Of a stretch of DNA of 64,000 nt, positions 41,336 to 53,805 are shown piece by piece. This DNA comes from Octopus vulgaris (Eukaryota). The translations under genes were made by a program, and so were the position numbers. The notes under the pieces were generated by a model. It ran no database searches. It saw only the letters and a list, made by a program, of their open reading frames with translations, and was not told the origin of the DNA. How positions within the stretch are numbered: position 1 is the first letter of the stretch; every line of letters begins with the position of its first letter. Location: positions 88,536,001-88,600,000 of the forward strand of contig OX597815.1 of the NCBI GenBank assembly GCA_951406725.2, given 5' to 3'.

Positions 41336-44300
41336 CAGATATATACATACAACCACTGTTTTCAATGCCCACGTTTCTCGCATATAAACTCAACAGTCTG
41401 TTTAGTTTCGTATACAATACACTTAAGTCCGCGTCTACCTGCACGTAAATAATGGCAGCACTGTAAAATTTACGTCTGTTCAACTCTTTCTACTATTGTT
41501 GTTCAAAACATAGGCCTGTCCACTGACCATAGGTGTTCCAGCCGTGATTATTGTCTTTTTTTTAGAGATGTAATGTATACAATATTACATTATACACTGT
41601 GTAATTCATGTTTTTGAGATGGTTTGGATGCTATTTTCATCAAGTGTAGCAACCATGTAGATGACACCTCGTTGATTTTGTTTTCCTAAGAAGGTAGTTT
41701 ATACTTAAATACTACAGCATAAGTGTATAAAAACGGTGTGCGTCGGAACATGTATATTAATAATAGTGATACAACATTAAAGCACACCATAGACACACGT
41801 GTAAATTGACGCAATAAACACAAAAATACATATGGATATAGAGTATACATTTAATCACACACCTAACGAAATACTCGCGAACTCATACAAGGAGCACTCC
41901 GTCGGTTGCGACGATGAGGGTCCCAGCTGATACGATCAACGGAACAGCTTGCTTGTGAAATTAACGTGCAAGTGACTGAGTAATCCACAGATACGTCTAC
42001 CCCTAACGTAGTTCTCAGGGAGATTCAGCGTGACACAGAGTGTGACAAGGCCGGCTCTTTGAAATACAGGTACAACTCATTTTTGCCAGCTGAGTGGACT
42101 GGAGTACCGTGAAATAAAATATCCTGCTCAAGGACACAACGCGTCGCCGGGAATGGAACTCATGACCCTACAGTCGTGAGCCGAATGCACTAACCACTAA
42201 GCCACGTGCCTTCACGAACTCATACAACATGCAAAATATAAAACATAAGACATATAGACATAAAACTACGTATCATAATCACGCAGAAAATTCACGCACA
42301 CACAGCTACTTCCTCTTATACACACACACACTTCTGTAAATAGGAAGAAAAGCCACACAGGAATAAAAAATATAATAAAAAAGAAAAGAATTTAGTCTAT
42401 TAACAAAACGTCTTTTCTGTGAATGACACCATTCTGCGATACACGTTGAACAAAAGAGCGGATACACTCCCTGAATGCACGACTTTTACAATTAATGACT
42501 TATTATATAATCACAAAGAGTAGTTCTTCTTTTGTGTTGAGGTGGAAGAAAAGAGGACTGGAGTGATCTTAATTTCATGTTTTTTTTTTCAGTTATAAGC
42601 GCCGTAATATTGCGAATCGAATTTAGATCGTGCATTTGATTCAACAAGAACATCCTGTTATATCAGCCGTCTTTAAGACATATTTTTATAATAAAAATTT
42701 CTTATATAAATGCACAAAAAGTCTGTCAATTTTATGGGATGAACTAATGGAGAATTTTGTACATTTATGACCTTCTGAAGGCCTTAGCGATGTAAAATGA
42801 AAGACATTTTTTTAGATGAAAATCGATATCAAAATATAAATTTACCGTTGCTACCCATCACTAGTAACCTCAGAATCACACGTAGTAAAAAAAAAAGACA
42901 AAAAACCTCCCCAAAAACAAAATACAAAACAAAATCAAAATAACAAGATATATACATCCTAAATGCAAAGATTTTATACTATATCGATTACATAAACATG
43001 AATTATACAAATTGTAATAGGAAAGTTGCTTTCTGAAAAGTATTAGCAATGTAAAGTGAACCCTAAGAAAGAATAATAGTTACAATAAATAACAATTTAA
43101 ATGAAGTATTATTAAAAAGGCATTTTAAAATTGTTAAACACTTGGAAGTAACAAAAAGAAAAGCTTTGGCAATAATCTTAAATGTTGTATATTCTAAATA
43201 ATTATTCTTTAATCGGAAGAAAGTTTTAATTTGGTACAGTACTGTTTTAAACTTGTAGAATTATAATAATTGACTCAGACCAGTATACCATGAGGAATTA
43301 TACATCCTTTATTTAAATTCAATACAAATCACGTAAATGCCTTCCGATTTTAAACATTATGATTCTGTTTACAAGAGCTTATCTCAGTTTTCAATGCATG
43401 AACTTGTTGAGAAATTATGCACACCATGTAAAGGACACCGAGTTTTACCAACAGGAGCTCAAAGTACAAAATAATGAAATTTAAGTCACTACAAAACGCA
43501 TCCCTACTAGGTACTAACTACCTTGTTTTCATACTCTAGTGGACTAAATGTTTTTAAGGATTACGTATAAGAAATATAGCGATAGACTGTTTGAGTGGTA
43601 GGTCAACATTTTATTGATTCAGTTACTGCTGTGATTTTGAATTTGCGTAATACAAGAGAAAAATATAGTAAAAATTAGCCATGATGCTTATTGATTTAAG
43701 GTAGTTTTGAAAATCATGTTTTATCAGATCTGAAACAAATAAAAGTCTCTAATAAAAGCCCAAATAAAAAGTAAAGATATATTTTCTTTCTATATTCTTA
43801 ACCAATGTTCAAACATTTTCTTAGCTTTGATTTTGACATTTATATCAATATTTGTAGCTTAAATGAAGTTTTGAAAGGAACTTGGCCATTTTCCGAGCCT
43901 TTCAAGAAAGAAAAGAGTACTCATTGTTCATTAAAATGATTATTAATAGCCTGAGAGGAGAAATGCCAAGATTCTGCACAAATCTTTCTCAAACTGATAT
44001 TTTAGATTTTGCAGCCATATATTCATATCTAAATACTGCATTATCCAAATAGTCTAAGACGAGGATTTCGCATGTGAAAAATAGCCATCTATCTTAATAA
44101 ATCAACGTCTATTCTTCGTCTAAAGAAATTACCAGAGTATCTTTCCATGTCTGAAAGTTAATAAATGAGAAACATGGAAGAGGATAGATACGAAATGTTT
44201 TATTGATTATTACTGACAGATATTCATATAGGAATTACATATCTATCCTTTAAAAATACACTGCTAGCAATATATAACCGCCGCTATTTGATATTTTTCC

Positions 44301-45455
44301 ATAAATATTTATTTTTTCCAAATTACTTCTTTCATATATATGTGCGTTGTATTCCTCTTTACACGATTTAGGAAATCCACTCAATACTATTGTCGTATTA
44401 AATTAGTTTAATTTTGGAAACCTTCGATTTCATAATATCTTTCTTCAATTTAGAGTGAGGTTAAGCAATACTTTGTTCACAGAAATTGGTTGACTACGGC
44501 TCTCGCGACTGGTTGTAATTCTGAATATGATTTAGCCTCATTAATTGTGAAATTCAGTTTACCAGTTGATATTAGCGATATTCATTCAATGTTAATTATT
44601 GTGGACCGCCTAATATTTTCAAAATATCACTAGCCATATTGTACCAAAACAATCAACATATCTCAATAACCGCATGGTTACCTTCTGTATAATCGTAGAG
44701 ATTTTATATTTAATATGGCATCCAAAATGTACGCATAACTTATTTTTACATGCATCGTTCTCAAATTATAACAAAATTTTCCTGTTTCAGATCTATCTTA
44801 TAAAATCAATGTTTATTTCAGAGTACAAGTCTTCCTATACCCAAGACAACCAAATGTAGGCATCCATTTAATCTTAAATTTTAAAGAATAAATTAAACTG
44901 AAGAATAAAGAATAAAGATGTAGATAATACTTTCAAAGCTTAAAAAGAAATTTAAAAAAGCAGTTAGCTAAATCGTCAAAGATTTCAAGGAATTTCTTAT
45001 GATAGATTTAAGCAGGAATTATGTAACTTGATTCAAGGCAGCGAGCGAGCAGGATCGTTAACGCGTCAGACATTAATGATTAGCGGCATTCCTTCTGGTT
45101 CTTTACGTCCCTGCCTAAAATCCTGCCGGGGTCAACTCTGCCTTCTATCCTTTCGGTGTCGATGAGATAAAGTACTGCTCAAGTCCTGAGGTCGATGTTA
45201 TCGACTAGCCACTCCTCTACCCTAATCTCAAGTCTTGTGTCTTTAGTGCAAAGAAAGAATTATGTAACTTGATTCCAAAAATCTAACCGATTACAAACTG
45301 CTCATTATTTTAGGACAGAGAACCTTAATTATGAAATTGGTTTTGTGTTTTAATTTATCACGGCGTATTACAAGTCCGCCGGCCGACCAAATCCTTGTGA
45401 GTCGATTTGGTACACAGAAACTGAAAGAACCCTGTCGTATACACACACACACACA

Positions 45456-45553
<98 letters not shown>

Positions 45554-45772
45554 AAAGGGTAAAGAAACCCTTTGGTCATGAATGACCATGGAATTGCACC
45601 TAGAAAGTTACCCACGGAAGCACAAGTACGAGAAAATTTATAGAAGACCAGCTGATACTCATACATACCAGCGTCCCCTCTCCATGCCACCGATGTTTTC
45701 CACCGAATGGCAAAAGCTTGGCACCAGTGACGTCGTAAGTCAGTGAACTTCAGCAACGCGAAATAAAGTGCT

Positions 45773-45846
<74 letters not shown>

Positions 45847-46005
45847 ACACACATATAAGAGGGATGACCACTAAGTGGACATCCATTATGCTAGAGGTAG
45901 ACTTTTGAAATATAACCCCAAATGTAATTGGTAGAACTTATATGCAAGTCCAATCTCATGCGGACGTCTCGTTTATAGTTCTGCAATTTATATTTTGCTA
46001 TGACG

Positions 46006-46076
46006 ATCACACTGATGAATTGCGGACATTTATGTAAGTATTACGTAAGTAGTAACAATGAAACTGGGTTTGTGAT
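46006..46076 (+). ncRNA. Duplicate of the hammerhead at 25038-25108 (element 45852-46340)
   Basis: Identical sequence at offset 20968. Confidence 0.72.
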
Positions 46077-46755
46077 TAATCTTTATATTTTGTATATTTT
46101 TTATTTGTCTTGCTCGCTTACGTTCTGGCGTTTGCTGAATTTTCTTGAGAACAATATTTTCTTAGTGGTCAGACCATATTGGGTCTACCTCTAGCATAAT
46201 TGATGTCCACTTAGTGGTCATCCCTCTTATATGTATGTAATATAATTTTTCTGAATCTTCAGATTTTTCAGTATGCTAGGCTATCGGTTTTAAATTGATA
46301 TTAATCAAATTAATATTCAATTTTTTACCCTTATTATTTATATATATATGTCAACCATGTGCGTATAAATGTAATCAAGCAAATATATGTAGTTTTAGTA
46401 GAAGCGTCGAAATGTGTATAGTACGATATAAATAAGAAGATACTTTTTCGAACGCAAAGTTGCTGTTAGAGCAGTAGAAATACTGAGTAAATTACTTCAG
46501 GGGCATATATATGCGCGAGCGAGCATGAGTGATCCACTACCGCTTGGTAACAGGTGTTTCTTTACGTCTCCGTAGCTTAAGGTTTCGGCAAAAGATATCA
46601 ATAAAATATGTACCGGGCTTGGAAATAAACACCGAGGTCGATTTGTTCGACTAAACCCTTCAAGGCGGTACCCCATCATGGCCACAGTCCAGTGACTAAA
46701 ATTAGTAAAATATACTTCATAACATATATATAGCAGATGGTTTTACTAATTTTCC

Positions 46756-46831
<76 letters not shown>

Positions 46832-49071
46832 GTGTGTGTGTGTGTTGTGTCTGTGTGTGTGTGTGTGTATGTGTGTGTACACAGGCTTGTATGCGCACAC
46901 ACACATCCACACTCATACAAAATAGCTTCGTTGATTACAGATTCTCAACTCACTGGTTCACTGCATTGCTGGTAGGAGAGAGGCAAAGAAATCTTTGTAA
47001 CTTGGCGTGGAACAAATATCTAAGGCACAGGTTTTTCAGTTTTTGCATCAATGTTTATAATCTTCGTCTATATACATAAGGGAAAGATACGCATTCTGGC
47101 TCAGACAATACACACGCGCACACAAAACTGCCATTCGCACAGTATTCATCTATGATTTTTCACCTACAAGAAATTCATCAAGCTCTGGCTACAGTAGAAG
47201 ACACTGCCTAAGGTACAGTACGGTGGGAAAGTACGCAATACGTGGCAACGGAGCGAATTTCTTCACTATCAAAACATACCGTCACCATTGTGTTTATATT
47301 TCTCAGCATTCAATGACAGAGATTGAAATTGTTAAATATTTTATACGATCAGTTTCCAGTTAAGTCAAAAGTTAGCATAGTACTCAAATTAAATTTACAA
47401 ATAGAGCACAATCTATCTTGTTGATTTCTATCATTATTTCATAGTTATCTTGTAAATATACTCGGAAGATATCGGCGTCGTTCTTTACATTTAAGACTAA
47501 ACAAATTAAAACCGTTTCAAATAGTTTGAGTTTTATGAAGGCTTGATCGGTTAATAAAAATAAAGAATCAAAAATTAGAGCCGAAATTTTTGCCGATGTT
47601 CATTTGATTGTAGTGTCGAATACTATCTGATAATATATAGCCATTATATATTTCCTGTACATCTACAGACAAGGAGAGAGTCAATTATAACTATGAGCTG
47701 TCTGAAGTGCATATGAAAATATTCAACAGGTGTAGAAACAATATTAGCAAGCAGTCTTGATGAGAGATCACAAATCTAACATGATAAACAAAGCACTTGC
47801 TGAAATCTTCTTGATACTGTGGAATAACCTTATCAGAAATGAGTGTCTCCGAACGAAATACAAAAGAAAAGAAGAAAAAAGTAAATAACAACGCAAAAAA
47901 AACAAAAACAACAACAACAACAAATCATGTTCTGATTTATAGCTTGTTATATAAAAAAGGTTGCCAGACTAAATTTAGTATGAAAGGAAAGGTATGTTAC
48001 ATCTAAATAACTTTTGAAAAGTAAATAATAATACATTTAGATAAGAGAAGTGTTTAAACATTCAGTAAAACATTTAAAGAGAAACATCATCTTCACAGTC
48101 TGGTGACGTGATCATTTGATTCGCAGGCAATAATTCTTTACAGTTTATGACTCCAAAATGTATAATTCCTTACATCAATATATCTTCATATTAAATCTAA
48201 AAGTTTTAGATTTTTCTTGGTTTAGAGAAAAAAAAAATCATAAAAGTGGTTTTTCCAAAACGATACACATAACTCGCATACAGATACATCACATACATAC
48301 ACACACATATCGCACACCCAGATATACCACACACAGATACACACTTTGATTGGATTATGCGGTCCAGTCAAGGAAAATAACAATGTTTATTTATAGCCGG
48401 ATGCTGAGAAAAGTACAATGGTCGAATAAGTGAAGGGGTGTGGGTGTAAATGAGTTCTCTGAAGCAGGAATCGTATCACGGCTTTCCACAAGGTACAGTT
48501 TTTTTATTTTTAGAAATTTCTGAAAAATTCAGGTTGGTAGATTTTCGGAATAGGCCGAGAGATGGACAAACTGGTATTAAATTCTATCTTTCAAGTTTTG
48601 AATCACATTGACGTAGATGTTGCTTTTCCTCGATTCTTGGCCTCAAAGTACTGAAGTAAAAATAATGAACTATTCCCTCAACCAAAACCTATGCAAATGG
48701 ACGTAAGTTTGGATGTAGTATTTGTTGATTTTAAGCTGAATATTATATTTAGTATTAGAGTTTGCTGATTGGTCGAAATCTTTATTATAGCCAGCGTATA
48801 TACTTACTTCTGGTTCGAATCCATCTTGGAAAATAAAACAAATAATTTTGGGGCAATTATTTGGCCACAGACTTATATCCTATACAAGGGAAAATAGAAT
48901 TTTTTTCAAGAATATTTGATGAATGGAATTTCAGCCTAATATATTCTGAGTTCAAAACCGGTAATGGTCAATTTTGCAGTTTATAAGAGGAGCAAAATAA
49001 ACAAGAACAAATACGAAAGCAATGTTGACAATACCAACATCAATAAACAAAATACCAACAAAGAAATTGAA

Positions 49072-49125
<54 letters not shown>

Positions 49126-49126
<1 letters not shown>

Positions 49127-49353
49127 TTTATTAGAAAGCAGCGAAAATATCACAAAAACTGTTACTCAATGTTTCGCATTCCCATTTGTCGGACAGTTTT
49201 GTTTATATTCAAAACACAACTGTCTGACGAACGGGAACGTGAAACTCTATAACAGTTTTGTAATATTTTTGCTGCTTTTTAATAAAGCATATTACTCTAC
49301 AGCTGGTATTCGAGTACTATTTTTTCCACCTTGTATCGCATTTATGTGCTTAC
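49126..49353 (+). mobile_element. Foldback mini-element with two inverted hammerhead motifs inside (TA)n
   Basis: 49126-49204 is the imperfect reverse complement of 49211-49287; ~65-bp unpaired 3' extension; (TA)n on both sides. Confidence 0.78.
49218..49257 (+). ncRNA. Minimal type-I hammerhead motif (inverted, more decayed partner at 49157-49198)
   Basis: AACUGU-CUGACGA-ACG-GGAA-CGU-GAAA-CUCUAUA-ACAGUU; partner AACUGU-CCGACAA-AUG-GGAA-UGC-GAAA-CAUUGAGUA-ACAGUU. Confidence 0.68.
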
Positions 49354-49354
49354 T

Positions 49355-49720
<366 letters not shown>

Positions 49721-49774
49721 ATTTTTGTAGTTTCAGCTCATAGCTGTGGACATGCTGGAACACCACCGTTTTGC

Positions 49775-49925
49775 TACACTATTATTACTGAGATATGTGG
49801 CACTTGGTGTAGAATGGAACTTGATGTAGCTACCTTTATTTGCACCTCTTACCGTGAGCTAGGTCCATCTGGGACTCTCGACAGGAAGAGGTCCAGCCCT
49901 GATTTAAAAACGCCTACATCTACTT
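49775..49925 (-). mobile_element. Extreme 3' end of a CR1-like LINE ORF2
   Basis: EVDVGVFKSGLDLFLSRVPDGPSSR matches the CR1 C-terminal FK..LD.FL..VPD.P motif. Confidence 0.6.
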
Positions 49926-49978
49926 CAATGATATTCTTGTTTAAGAACAGTACGTACATACATACATACATACATATA

Positions 49979-50053
<75 letters not shown>

Positions 50054-50639
50054 ACACACACACCCATATATATATATGTGTGTATATATATGTATCAGGA
50101 CAGACAAAATGTTTTATTGTTGATATTTTGAAAGGTCTATTATACTGAGTTCATTGTTAAATGGTTAATAAGAAAAAATATTCATTTTGGGAGCAATTTA
50201 AAAGTGTTACAGTCTACGTCAAAGGGCAATGGTAGTCTTGTATTATAAAACTTAAATGAATGTAATAGACATTGAAATTTTGTAAAGATATACAAACCAC
50301 AAAGAATATTATTCATAAAGAAATCAATTCTTCTTTTTATACCACAATATCAAACTAAGGATTATTTTTACTGTCATACATTTCATTTTCAAATTATAAG
50401 TCTCAAAAATGAAATATGATTATACAATCATTAAACTGGTACCTACAAATTAGTAGATGTTGCCAATAATTAACAAAAATAACAGCGAAAATAGTAGCAA
50501 ACTATTGGCTGGTATTAGTAAACATGAAACAGATATAAAAGGTCTAGATCAGAAAATAACATTTGAACCAGAGAGAATTCGAGGTCATGAGAACAGAGAT
50601 TAGACACAAGATTTTAGGGATCAAAACCTATCGATTAAC

Positions 50640-50757
50640 AGATGATGTATGCTAAATAAAGCTGTCTACCCACACTCAAACGTCATTTAGCAGCAACTCT
50701 TCGATCATCTTACGAAAACGAAGCCAGGCTGGTGATGGCGATTGGGTAGGTACGACA
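50640..50757 (-). mobile_element. Possible short LINE RT fragment
   Basis: RTYPIAITS then frameshift to KMIEELLL, resembling YRPIAITS..K..E..L. Confidence 0.3.
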
Positions 50758-51019
50758 CATATAACACATATTATGTGATGTATGTATGTATGTATGTATG
50801 TATGTATGTATGTATGTATGTATGTATGTATGCATGTATGAATATGAGTTTTTGTGTGTGCGTGTGTATGTATATATGTTTGCATGTATGTGAGTGTGTG
50901 TGTGCATGTAATAGACGTACATATGTATTTATAAATATATGTGTATACATATATATACATATATATATGTATACATTTACGTATGCATAGATATGAGTAC
51001 ATATACACATATATAAGCG

Positions 51020-51098
<79 letters not shown>

Positions 51099-51179
51099 GC
51101 AAAGAGAGAGAGAAACAGGAGAGAGTGAGTGGAAGAAATTTAATCAAATACAAACATAACTACTTGTATGCACATACAC

Positions 51180-51225
<46 letters not shown>

Positions 51226-51303
51226 ATAGTGAGGCTATGAGAGGTATTGGTATCTAGAAGACCCAAAGAGTGGCAGGTAACGCTAAATAAGCATCTCACA
51301 TCA

Positions 51304-51341
51304 TCTCTGAGTATCATAATATCCCAGAAACAGCTGTAAGA
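51304..51341 (+). ncRNA. Partially deleted hammerhead-like motif in a ~160-bp island between TA tracts
   Basis: UCU-CUGA..AUAUCCCA-GAAACAGCUGUA-AGA: palindromic stem III ACAGCUGU and GUA triplet; 5' core and stem II incomplete. Confidence 0.42.
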
Positions 51342-51402
51342 CTATATCTATATCATTTTCCTTATAAATGTCCTGAAAACTCTCTATATATATATATACA
51401 CA

Positions 51403-51434
<32 letters not shown>

Positions 51435-52199
51435 CATACATATACATATATACATACATATACATATATACATACATACATATATATATATATACATATA
51501 TATATACATATATATATATACATATATATATATATTTATATATATATATATATACATATATATACATATTTATATATATATATATATGGCTCATGTACAC
51601 AAACATACGCGCACACACATCCATATGTAACTCAAACACATTCAGTAATACACGTGTATTCATCCTTGTTTTGACTGTTTCTTAGTTTCTTATTTTATGT
51701 CTGTCTCTTCGTATTTAAGTTTAAAAATAATACCAACAATGCCCGAGAAAATTCTATGATTATTTTCAAAACTAATAGACTGCATGAGAACAATGAAATA
51801 CGTAATTGCTTTTGAAATTGTATTTTCCAGATGAGTTTGTTTGATCGTAGAGATTATTCAAAGTCCCCATGGGAGCACTGAAAGTGCAGTCTTAGGAGAA
51901 AACATCACTGAAAACTTCATAAACTATATTCTTTTGTCATACATTTATCTCCTCCTCTACCCCGAGAGTGTTATCACTTTTATCTTTACGCCAAGAAGTA
52001 AACAAAATTGTGGAAGGAAATCGAATACATAATCTATCAACAATATCATTCTGCGTCGGTAGAGCTCTAACAAATCATAATATGCTCTACTAAACAACAT
52101 CAGTTTGATATCAGTGAGAAGTGTGTATGAGTAGACTTGAACTCACAGTCAAAGAGAACGGAGTGCCGAGATTGCTCCACTGAGCTGTGAATTAAAAAA

Positions 52200-52750
52200 A
52201 ATGTTACTACATATATCAACTGTGCAACATTCCGCAGATCTCTTCCAAACTGTGACATACAGTAAGAGTAAGACACAAATTCCGATCTGCATCTATGTCA
52301 ATAAATACTTCCGTGATTAACTGTTCTACTTCGTCTACTGTCTGGGCCTTTCTCCCATAGATTTTATTCTTTACTCCGCCACTCACAAAGAAGGCAATCG
52401 GGGTTAAGTTCGATGAACGTGTTGGTCATTCGATGTTGTCACGTCATCCAATAAAATGTTGTGGGAAGGTGCTATCAATGTAGACCCTTACTGTCAAAGG
52501 TTAATGACTAGGTGCTCCGTCTTATTGCAAAAACAGTTTAGAGAAATTAGCTGTGGATGTGAGTTGTGGAACTACCTTGCCGCGCAACATTTTTAGGTAA
52601 TAGTTACTATCTATTATTTCATCAACGAAAACCGGTTCTACAACACCTTCACTGGACAGTGTACTTCACATTGGAAGACAGTACGAGCATTAACGAGATT
52701 AAATATTGTAAATTGTAAATAAATGGTATACTTATTTTTGGGCCACTGTG
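52200..52750 (-). mobile_element. Decayed Tc1/mariner element, rosa/DD41D-like
   Basis: LQ*DGAPSH*PLTVRVYIDSTFPQHFIG*RDNIE*PTRSSNLTPIAFFVSGGVKNKIY corresponds to FQQDGAP.H..VR..L...FP..WIGR....WPPRSPDLTP.DFF.WG..K..VY; TIR-like TA|CACAGTGGCCCAAAAATAAGTATACC at 52750. Confidence 0.8.
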
Positions 52751-52805
52751 TATGTATGTATGTATGTATGTACTGTGTATGTATGTATGTATGTATGTAT
52801 GTATG

Positions 52806-52874
<69 letters not shown>

Positions 52875-52924
52875 CCCGTTGCAAAGTTCTTTATTCCTGT
52901 TATATAATATAACAAATTTATCTA

Positions 52925-53300
52925 TGGACCGGGGTGGGGAAATTTGGGACTCCTGTGAGTTTGTGCTTCTGTTTATGTCAGGCTGGGTATGAGAAGGGTT
53001 GTTGTCTCTAGGGGTGGTTGGGGTAGAGTGGGTGTGAGTGGGAGCCGGGTGGGTGTGGGTTGGGGGTTGTCCTTTACCAATTGTGTCCTCTTTCCTCTCT
53101 TCTTTCTCTTTTTCCCCGCCATTTCCCAGCTGGTGTTTATCTCCTCTTCCTCGACGCTGGTACTGGTCTTTTTCTATGGTGCTGCTTCACTCTCCTTCTT
53201 GTGCTTTTCCTCAGCCTCCATGGGCAGTGGAGCACCAACCACTTTCTCACTCTCTTGCCTTTCCTTATTCTTCACAGGTGGTGAAGGACACTCCGTTCTA
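52925..53300 (-). mobile_element. Possible LINE ORF1 (gag-like) C-terminal relic
   Basis: ECPSPPVKNKERQESEK..SWEMAGKKRKKRGKR..PQPTPTRLP with internal stops; composition like ORF1 tails, no diagnostic motif. Confidence 0.3.
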
Positions 53301-53424
53301 TTTGGTTACAAGAGATTTATAAATTTTGGTAAATTTTGACATGTTTGACATAAATATCTTCATTTTTGTATGTATGTATGTATGTATGTATGTATGTATG
53401 TATCTCTCTCTCCCTCTTATATAT

Positions 53425-53762
53425 AAATTATAGGTGCAATGACATGAAAAGCAAATTGAGAAACACAATGCAGTAGTTAGTTTAATGCCCAGGAAAAGGA
53501 AGTTGATACGTCTTTTACGTTTCGGGTTTAAGTTCTTCTTCGGAAGTAAAGAATGAAACGAAGGGCTAGAAAATAATCGCAGTCTGCTTCAAGTGTTTTT
53601 CAGGATATCCAATACTCTCTTTCATTTTCATTTTCTTTCTCTTTCTATCCTTTTATCACTTTCTATCTTTCCGAAGAAAAAAATTAAGCTTGAAATTCCT
53701 GTATTTATCAAGCGCTAAGCTCATAACTATATTCTGTTATCACTTTATTTTCAGCTTTGTTA

Positions 53763-53765
<3 letters not shown>
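53425..53765. mobile_element. Two decayed Penelope pLTR ends in inverted orientation between TA tracts
   Basis: Minus 53511-53546 CUU-CCGAAGA-AGAAC-UUAA-ACCC-GAAAC-GUA-AAAGA followed by TTCCTGGGCATTAAACTAACTAC (cf. pLTR at 123-258); plus 53666-53695 UCUUU-CCGAAGA..UUAA-GCUU-GAAA. Confidence 0.55.

Positions 53766-53805
<40 letters not shown>

Noticed and set aside
47691-47891. 66-aa minus-strand ORF at the end of the duplicated block
   Set aside because: No recognisable motif or supported splice structure
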